A stretch of DNA of 64,000 nucleotides from NCBI GenBank assembly GCA_965237805.1, contig OZ250153.1:1120001-1184000 (forward strand). The letters are read 5' to 3'. Source of the DNA: Gammaproteobacteria bacterium. GTDB lineage: Bacteria; Pseudomonadota; Gammaproteobacteria; JABABF01. Positions 57,634 to 64,000 of the stretch are shown here, in pieces. Within the stretch, counting starts at the first letter, position 1, and each line of letters starts with the position of its first letter. Position numbers and translations under genes: made by a program. A model generated the notes under the pieces. It was given only the letters and a program-made list of their open reading frames with translations. It searched no databases and was not told where the DNA came from.

Positions 57634-59222
57634 CGTGACTGGCTCAGATCGAGCTGGCGATATTGCTCGAAATACTGCTGGAGATAGGCCTCCAAGCCGC
57701 CAGCGAAGGGAGTGCTTTCTAAATGCCGCAGCTGTTTCTTGGAATCCTGTGCCAGCGCATGGTAACGTCGTCGCAGTTGCGGTGTCAGCGCCGCTGCCAA
57801 CGTGTGGCACCAGTGCGCGGAGCGCCCCGCGATCAATGTGACGAAATTCGTGCCTGCCTCTTCCATGTCGCGCAGCAAAAGGGCCGCCGGGGTATGCTCT
57901 GGTGCTTCCAATTTGCGCCGCTGCTGCGCGCAGCTATGTTGGTGTGCATCGCCGCCGTGGGCGGTGTCGAGCTGGCGGGCGCACAACTCAATGTCGTCGA
58001 GTATGCGCAGCCCCCAATCACGCAAGCTCACCCGGCGCGTGCCGTCTTCGAGCGACAGCCCGCGGCGACGCCCGCCGCGAGCCGTGCGCTCCAAATTGCG
58101 TTGGTCGCGGCGCATGCTGTGCCGACTGCCATCCGCCGCTAGGCAATAGAGCAGAAAGCTGCTGAGAAAGCGCATCTGGGGGCCGTCTACTCCCAATGGG
58201 GATCCCGGGTCGAGGTCAAGGCAGCGCAGCTCTAAATATTCCACACCACCCTGCGCCAATGCGCACAGCGGCGGCGTGCCCTGTGAGGCGGCGCACTTGG
58301 GCCGCGCCGAGCCATAGTACTCATTTTCCACTTGTAGCAGACTCGCGCTGAGCTGTTGTGGTTTGCCGGATGCAGTGCGATCGATCGCCGCATAAGCGGG
58401 AAAGGGGTCGATGATGGCGTGCCGCAAGCTGTTGACATAGCTATCCAGCCGGTCCATGCGCGCCAGCAGATGGCGGTGCTGGGCAGTGCTGTAATAACCG
58501 GCGCGGCTGAGCCGTAGCGAAGTGGCCCCCGGCGTGCCGTAGTCGTCGTGAGCTAAGCGGCGCAGACCGATCCCTCGCTGTCGCGGGAAGCTCGGCGGCA
58601 TCACTGGCGAGGCGCCGAACAGGTACGCCAGCAGCCAACTCCAGCGATGGCAATTGCGCAGGATGTGGAACCATGCATCATCGCGCAGCTCGCGCAATGG
58701 GCAGTGTTCACCGAGTAGGGCGTGGTAGCGCTGCCAGAAGTTGTCCGGTAGCGAGAAATTGAAGTGTAGCCCAGCGATGATCTGCCGACGGCAACCGTAG
58801 CGATGACTCAGTCCGGCGCGGTATAGCGTTTTCATCTGTGCCGAAGCCGAAGTGCCGTAGTGAGCCAGTGCGATATCGCGCTCGTCGTTGGGACAGTGGG
58901 GCATACTGGCCGCCCACAGTGCCTCGCCCGGTGCCAACGCATCGCAGCTGACGGCGAACATATCCCGCAACTGCTTCAGCGCGGCCTCGGGCGAGCGATG
59001 TGGCTCGGTAACCAGTTCCAGCAGGGCTTCGGAGAAATCGGTGGTGATGCGCGGGTGCGTGAGCGGTGCGCCGAGCATCTCGGGGTGCGGTGTTTTGGCT
59101 GGCAGGCTCTCCGCATCGACGCGCAAGGCCTCGCGTTCCAAACCGAAGCGGATGCCGTGCAGGGAGGCATTCAATTGTGGGTCGGCGAGCAGCTCGAGAT
59201 AGCGGCGCAGACGGTTGGACAT
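57630..59222 (-). CDS. gshA: glutamate--cysteine ligase
   Basis: GLERE.LR, ITTDFSE, GLHFNFS, ATSLR.S..GY, LQVENEYY, EYLELR. Confidence 0.95.
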   Translation of the reverse strand: MSNRLRRYLELLADPQLNASLHGIRFGLEREALRVDAESLPAKTPHPEMLGAPLTHPRITTDFSEALLELVTEPHRSPEAALKQLRDMFAVSCDALAPGEALWAASMPHCPNDERDIALAHYGTSASAQMKTLYRAGLSHRYGCRRQIIAGLHFNFSLPDNFWQRYHALLGEHCPLRELRDDAWFHILRNCHRWSWLLAYLFGASPVMPPSFPRQRGIGLRRLAHDDYGTPGATSLRLSRAGYYSTAQHRHLLARMDRLDSYVNSLRHAIIDPFPAYAAIDRTASGKPQQLSASLLQVENEYYGSARPKCAASQGTPPLCALAQGGVEYLELRCLDLDPGSPLGVDGPQMRFLSSFLLYCLAADGSRHSMRRDQRNLERTARGGRRRGLSLEDGTRRVSLRDWGLRILDDIELCARQLDTAHGGDAHQHSCAQQRRKLEAPEHTPAALLLRDMEEAGTNFVTLIAGRSAHWCHTLAAALTPQLRRRYHALAQDSKKQLRHLESTPFAGGLEAYLQQYFEQYRQLDLSQSR

Positions 59223-59322
59223 AGACAGCCCCGGCACCCTTAATGCGCTTTGACCCCGACCATTTGGCCGGTGCCAGTATAGTAGCATCATCACCCTCGA
59301 CCAAACTGAACCGGTACTGCAT

Positions 59323-59838
59323 ATGTCTACTACTCCCGTTGCGCTTCCCGAGCCCGAGAACGCCCTGTCCCTACCACAGACGCCATTGGATGCAGGCCAC
59401 CTGAACTCAGAGGATCTGCCGTGGGTGGAACAGGCCCCAGGCATTGAGATGAAGGTATTGCGTGTCTCCGATGACTTTGGCACTTGGGTGGTCATGAACC
59501 GCTTCCAGCCGGGAACCGTCTTGCCAGCACATCGCCACAGTGGCGGCGTCACCGCCTATACCCTGTCGGGGCGCTGGGGGTACCATGAACACGATTTCAT
59601 TGCCACGGCTGGCTCTGTGGTACGCGAGCCCGCCTGCTCAACCCACACCCTGATGGTGCCTGCGGACAGCGATGAGCCCGCTGTGGTCTTCTTCGTGATC
59701 GAAGGCAGCTTGACTCATATCGGCGACGATGGTCAGCTGTGGGGGGTGTCGGATGCCCAGACCGAGTTGGCACGTTACCGCGAGATGGTTGCCGACCAGT
59801 GTGGTACGCCGCTCGCTGACGACGCCATCTTGCGGTAG
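59323..59838 (+). CDS. cupin, 2,4'-dihydroxyacetophenone dioxygenase family
   Basis: HRH.G.V...T.SG.W.Y.E and EP..STHTL metal motifs. Confidence 0.8.
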   Translation: MSTTPVALPEPENALSLPQTPLDAGHLNSEDLPWVEQAPGIEMKVLRVSDDFGTWVVMNRFQPGTVLPAHRHSGGVTAYTLSGRWGYHEHDFIATAGSVVREPACSTHTLMVPADSDEPAVVFFVIEGSLTHIGDDGQLWGVSDAQTELARYREMVADQCGTPLADDAILR

Positions 59839-59864
59839 CCGCCCGCGACTTTAGAGCGCGAGTC

Positions 59865-61097
59865 ATGAGTGCCACCGCCGCCGTTTTGGCGTCTATCGAT
59901 GTCTACGATCCCGACCGCTATGTCGAGGCTCCGCCCTACGAGGATTTTCGCTATCTGCGTCAGCATGCTCCGGTGTACCGCCACCCCCACCCCGACGGTG
60001 GTTTTTTCTGGGCGGTGACGCGTCACGCCGAGGTGAGTGCGATATCGCGCGATCACAAGACCTATTCCTCCCAACGTGGCTTCGTGATGGTCGATAACCT
60101 AGAGCCGGAGCTGCTAGCGGAGACGCAGAATCAGCTACTGGGCATGGATCCGCCGCAGCACGGGCCGGTGCGCCGCTCGGTGCTGCGCCATTTCACTACG
60201 CGCATGGTGGAGGGGATGACACCGCGCATCAATGAGATCGTCAAAGACTTGGTGGCGCGGGCGGTGGATCGCGGAGAGGTCGAATTCATCGAAGAGATCG
60301 TCGCGCAGTTGCCGACGCAGGTGATCTGTGAATTGATGGGCATTCCGTCTGAGCACCACGATCAGATCCGCCGCTGGGCCGATATGCAGACCTCATCGGA
60401 CGATCCCGATATCGTCCCGAGTCCGGAGGCCTCGCGAGAGGCATCGCATGCGATGGGGGCACTGGGCTACCAGCTGGCCATAGACAACCAGCAGCGGTGC
60501 GGTGATGAGGAGGGAGGGGGCTTGATGTCCCTGCTGTTGTCTACCGAGCTGGATGGCAAGCCGGTAGATCCGATGCAATTCGCTTCTCTGTTCATCCAGA
60601 TCACGACTGCGGGTAATGAGACCACCCGCAACCTGATCGCCAATGGTCTGCTGGAGCTGATGGCACGTCCTGAGCTCTACCGCGAGCTGGAGGCGGCACC
60701 TGAGCTGCTACCCGGTGCGGTCGAAGAGATGTTGCGCTTCACCTGTCCGCTACATTATTTCCGCCGCACGACGACGCGTCCGGTCACACTCTGCGGCGAG
60801 CGGATCAAGGCGGATGACCGGGTGGTGTTGTTCTATATCTCGGCCAACCGCGACGAGACCGTATTCGACGATCCAGAACGTTTCGACATCCGCCGCCACC
60901 CCAATCCCCAATTGGCTTTCGGCCACGGTCCGCATATGTGCCTCGGCGCTTGGTTGGCGCGGCTTGAGACCCAACTATTTTTCGCCGAGTGGTTTAGGCG
61001 CGTGGGCTCGGTGGAGCTGAGCGATACCCCGCGTCGCGTCCGCTCCAATCTGATCAACGGCATCAAATATATGCCGTTGCGCATCGTGGCTCGCTGA
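59865..61097 (+). CDS. cytochrome P450 (CYP124/125/142-like)
   Basis: GFFWAVTRH, MDPPQH, AGNETTRN, EMLR, FGHGPHMCLG. Confidence 0.93.
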   Translation: MSATAAVLASIDVYDPDRYVEAPPYEDFRYLRQHAPVYRHPHPDGGFFWAVTRHAEVSAISRDHKTYSSQRGFVMVDNLEPELLAETQNQLLGMDPPQHGPVRRSVLRHFTTRMVEGMTPRINEIVKDLVARAVDRGEVEFIEEIVAQLPTQVICELMGIPSEHHDQIRRWADMQTSSDDPDIVPSPEASREASHAMGALGYQLAIDNQQRCGDEEGGGLMSLLLSTELDGKPVDPMQFASLFIQITTAGNETTRNLIANGLLELMARPELYRELEAAPELLPGAVEEMLRFTCPLHYFRRTTTRPVTLCGERIKADDRVVLFYISANRDETVFDDPERFDIRRHPNPQLAFGHGPHMCLGAWLARLETQLFFAEWFRRVGSVELSDTPRRVRSNLINGIKYMPLRIVAR

Positions 61098-61120
61098 GCG
61101 CCTCAACGGGGCGGTCACAG

Positions 61121-62611
61121 CTACAAATCGCCTGCGCCGCTGTCGAAGGCTTTGGCATAGCGGGCGGCGGCCTCGTCATCCTCCTCTTCGACCACTTCAG
61201 CAAAGCGCATGTGCCGGCCGTCGAATTGCAACATGCAGTGGCCGGTGGGGCCGTTTCGCTGCTTGGCGACAATCATCTCGATCTTCCGCTGCCCCGGTGC
61301 TTCGCCGCTCTCCTTGGCTTTATCCCGGTGTAGGATGATGACCACATCGGCATCCTGTTCGATGGCACCCGAGTCGCGCAAGTCAGACAGCTCCGGGCGG
61401 CGCTCGGCAAATTCTAGACCGCGGCTCAGCTGGGAGAGTACCAGCATCGGGCAATGGAATTCCTTGGCCAACGCTTTCAGACTGCGGGTGATGCCAGCCA
61501 ACTCCAGCGTGCGGTTCAGTAGCCGCCCGTCCTTGGGCCCTTCCATCAATTGCAGATAGTCGATGACGACCAGTGCTAGCTTCCCGGTGCGGCGCTCCAA
61601 CCGACGCATGTGGCGGCGCACATCGCTGATCCGCAGCGTCGAGCTGGGATTGATAAACAGCTGGGTCTTTTGTATTTGACCGGCAGCTTGTGAGATGCGC
61701 TCCCATTGCTCTTGCTGCCAGCGGCCAGCGCGCAATAGGCTGGCCGAGATGTTGGCCCAGTCGGCGATGAGGCGGGTCATCAGCGCGCTACCCGACATCT
61801 CAAGGCTGAATACCAGCACCGGTTGCTCGGCACTTTCGCGGATCACCTGACGCACGATGTTCATCGCCAGCGCTGTTTTGCCGGTGGATGGCCGCGCGGC
61901 GAGAATCACCAAATCCTCTTCCTGCAGGCCGTTGGTGATCCGATTCAGCCATGCAAAACCGGTGCCCAAGCCGCTCAGCTGACCGCCGCGCTCGAACAGA
62001 GCCTCCAAACGGTTCAGCATTTCATCGGTCACTACCCGAGCGGGCTCCGGGCCTTGCCTGCCACCAGCGCTGTCGCTGAGAGCGAACAACGCGCTTTCGG
62101 CCTCCTCCAGCAGCTCCATACCGGCGGCACCTCTCGGCTCCTTAGCACGGGCGGTGATTTGTTGCCCGGTGCGCAGCAGTGCGCGGCGCAGTGCGCAGTC
62201 GCGCACCAGCTGGGCGTAGCTGAGTATATTGGCCGCGCTCGGCGTGTTGGCGGCCAGCGTCTGGAGGTATGGGATGCCGCCGATCTGCTCGAGCTCTCCC
62301 TTGCTCTCCAAGACTTGCGCCAACACCACGGGATCTAGCGGTTGGCCCGTGGCATCCATGTGCAATGCGGCCGCGTACAGCAGGCGGTGCCCGGGCTTGT
62401 AGAAATCCGTTGTTGTCAGCAGCCCGTTGACTTCTTCCCATGCTTCATCCGCCTCTGGTCCGACCAGTAGCAGGCCGCCGAGTACGGCTTGCTCGGCGGC
62501 GATGTCGTAGGGCGGATCAACGGTATCGTTTGTGCCAGTGGTCGGGATTTGCATCGTCCCGTCCCCGTCTGCGAGGGGTTCCTCGGCCAGTGGTCGCGAA
62601 TCTGGCTGCAC
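61121..62611 (-). CDS. dnaB: replicative DNA helicase (start may be 62554)
   Basis: AEQAVLG, AARPSTGKT, FSLEM, IDYLQL, DLRDSGAIEQDAD, KQRNGP. Confidence 0.97.
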   Translation of the reverse strand: MQPDSRPLAEEPLADGDGTMQIPTTGTNDTVDPPYDIAAEQAVLGGLLLVGPEADEAWEEVNGLLTTTDFYKPGHRLLYAAALHMDATGQPLDPVVLAQVLESKGELEQIGGIPYLQTLAANTPSAANILSYAQLVRDCALRRALLRTGQQITARAKEPRGAAGMELLEEAESALFALSDSAGGRQGPEPARVVTDEMLNRLEALFERGGQLSGLGTGFAWLNRITNGLQEEDLVILAARPSTGKTALAMNIVRQVIRESAEQPVLVFSLEMSGSALMTRLIADWANISASLLRAGRWQQEQWERISQAAGQIQKTQLFINPSSTLRISDVRRHMRRLERRTGKLALVVIDYLQLMEGPKDGRLLNRTLELAGITRSLKALAKEFHCPMLVLSQLSRGLEFAERRPELSDLRDSGAIEQDADVVIILHRDKAKESGEAPGQRKIEMIVAKQRNGPTGHCMLQFDGRHMRFAEVVEEEDDEAAARYAKAFDSGAGDL

Positions 62612-62644
62612 GGCGTTGTCCTATCGTAGCTGCTGCCAGCGTCC

Positions 62645-63094
62645 TCAGGCGGGCAATACGGCCAATTTCAACTCGACAGGCTCTTCTCCCGCGATGCGCA
62701 GGTGAATTTCGTGCTCGCCGAGCTCGCGTATCGGCCCATCGGCCAATTCCACCTGCGTTTCCTGCGCTGTCACCCCAACATCGGCCAGCGCGGCGATCAC
62801 TTCAGTCGGGCCGACCGAGCCGTAGAGCTTGCGCTCCTCGTTGACCTTGACCTCCACGGTGAGGGTTTCGACAGCCTCCAACTGTTGCAGCAATGCTTGG
62901 GCGGCCGCGTGCCGTTCCGCTTCGCGTTGCTCCAATTGGCCACGCTGGGCCTCGACTTGAGCGCGGTTCTCCTCGGTTTCTGGCACCGCTTTGCCCTGTG
63001 GGAACAAGTAGTTCCGTGCGTAGCCCGGGCGCACTTCGGCGGTGTCGCCCAAATTGCCAAGTTTTTGTATTCTGTCCAGTAAGATGACGCGCAT
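62645..63094 (-). CDS. rplI: 50S ribosomal protein L9
   Basis: VILLD...LG.LGD...V.PGYARNYL.P.GKA, LYGSV. Confidence 0.97.
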   Translation of the reverse strand: MRVILLDRIQKLGNLGDTAEVRPGYARNYLFPQGKAVPETEENRAQVEAQRGQLEQREAERHAAAQALLQQLEAVETLTVEVKVNEERKLYGSVGPTEVIAALADVGVTAQETQVELADGPIRELGEHEIHLRIAGEEPVELKLAVLPA

Positions 63095-63112
63095 GATCTG
63101 GCCTCGCAATCG

Positions 63113-64000
63113 CTATATTTCTGAATCTGGGGAGTGGTTATCCGACTGGTCGGTTGGGGGTGTCTCGTCGTTCTGCCGAGCTTGCGCCAAGCGTTGGCGG
63201 AAGTTGAAAACACCGTCCAGCGCTAACAGCGTGATTGCCACCACCGGCACCACTACCATTATTCCATAGTGTACGCCCAACCAAGCGCCGCTCAGCCGCC
63301 CGGCGGCCACAGCGCCGTGTCCCAGTGCCGCGCTGGCGAACAGCAGGGTCGGCAGCGACAGGCTGAACCACTCGCGCCAGCCCTGTTGTGCAGCAGCCAA
63401 CCACAAAAGGCATAGCGGCAACAACAGCCATGGCGGTAGCCGCAGGTTGCGGAATTCCTTGCCAAAGCCGCCGGGATTGAATAACAGCGCCTGCCAGTAA
63501 CGTGCCAGTACCAGGCAGAACAGAGCGAGCAATCCAGCGGATGCAGCGAGCAGTGCCGCCAGCAGCGGCGCTTCTAGAGTAGGGGGCAGCTGCTCGATGC
63601 CGGACTCCTGCCACAGTTCGCGCACCAGCGCCGAGAGGCGCATGGCTTCCATCGACAGCGCTTCCGGGCTGAGGCGGAGCAACAGCAGCTGCGCCAACGA
63701 CACCAGCAACAGTTGGGTGATCAGCACCACATTCCAAGACCGACCGCCATGGAGTAGCGCGGCGCACAACAGCGCCAGCGCGATGGGCCATTCCCACGGC
63801 ATCAGCGGCTGTCCACCGCCGAAGCCGATGGAGCCAGGCATGCGACCGCTCAGTGTGGCGTCCAGCAACCAAGTCAAGGCCACCGCAAGACCGAAGGGCA
63901 GAGCGAGTGCGGGGCGACCACGATTTAAGTAGGCGAGCAGTAGTAGGGCAGTGCCCAAGACCAGCGCCGCCGGGACATGCAAAAACAGTAAGGCGGCGGC
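63113..64000 (-). CDS. membrane protein upstream of rplI (DUF2232-like), 5' truncated by window
   Basis: LARYWQALLFNPGGF.KEF..LRL motif, polytopic, typical position before rplI. Confidence 0.75.
   Translation of the reverse strand, partial: AAALLFLHVPAALVLGTALLLLAYLNRGRPALALPFGLAVALTWLLDATLSGRMPGSIGFGGGQPLMPWEWPIALALLCAALLHGGRSWNVVLITQLLLVSLAQLLLLRLSPEALSMEAMRLSALVRELWQESGIEQLPPTLEAPLLAALLAASAGLLALFCLVLARYWQALLFNPGGFGKEFRNLRLPPWLLLPLCLLWLAAAQQGWREWFSLSLPTLLFASAALGHGAVAAGRLSGAWLGVHYGIMVVVPVVAITLLALDGVFNFRQRLAQARQNDETPPTDQSDNHSPDSEI

Noticed and set aside
61121-62611. Intein in dnaB
   Set aside because: Normal length with contiguous helicase motifs.

Overview
High-GC (roughly 60-70% by eye) chromosomal window of a gammaproteobacterium with Pseudomonadales/Cellvibrionales-like gene order (tsaC-hemF-aroE, rnr-rlmB, zapA-ssrS-ygfA, ilvA/rpiA, rpmE/priA-argS-SPOR-hslVU-ubiEJB-hisIE-tatABC, tolC/waaA, rplI-dnaB). 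A host-associated lifestyle (for example a sponge symbiont) is suggested by the accessory genes but is only an inference. No integrase, transposase, reverse transcriptase, tRNA, rRNA or CRISPR array was seen. Most notable: (1) a four-gene homologue of the mycobacterial methylmannose polysaccharide cluster (MeT1, MmpH, MeT3, ManT like) with a translationally coupled ABC exporter inside it, next to waaA; (2) an RlmB rRNA methyltransferase with about 350 aa of N-terminal extension, mostly tandem RGG/YG repeats, reminiscent of fibrillarin; (3) a 14.6-26 kb accordion region where 3' ends of rpiA, nnrS and two MFS genes recur 2-4 times, trimmed by microhomology deletions, around lower-GC cargo genes (SpoIIAA-like, qNor, pentapeptide repeat protein); (4) an unannotated 29-codon lipoprotein ORF on a compact transcript with five downstream hairpins; (5) an ilvA fused in frame to a Fic-derived winged HTH. 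All family assignments come from motif recognition and recall, not from database searches.
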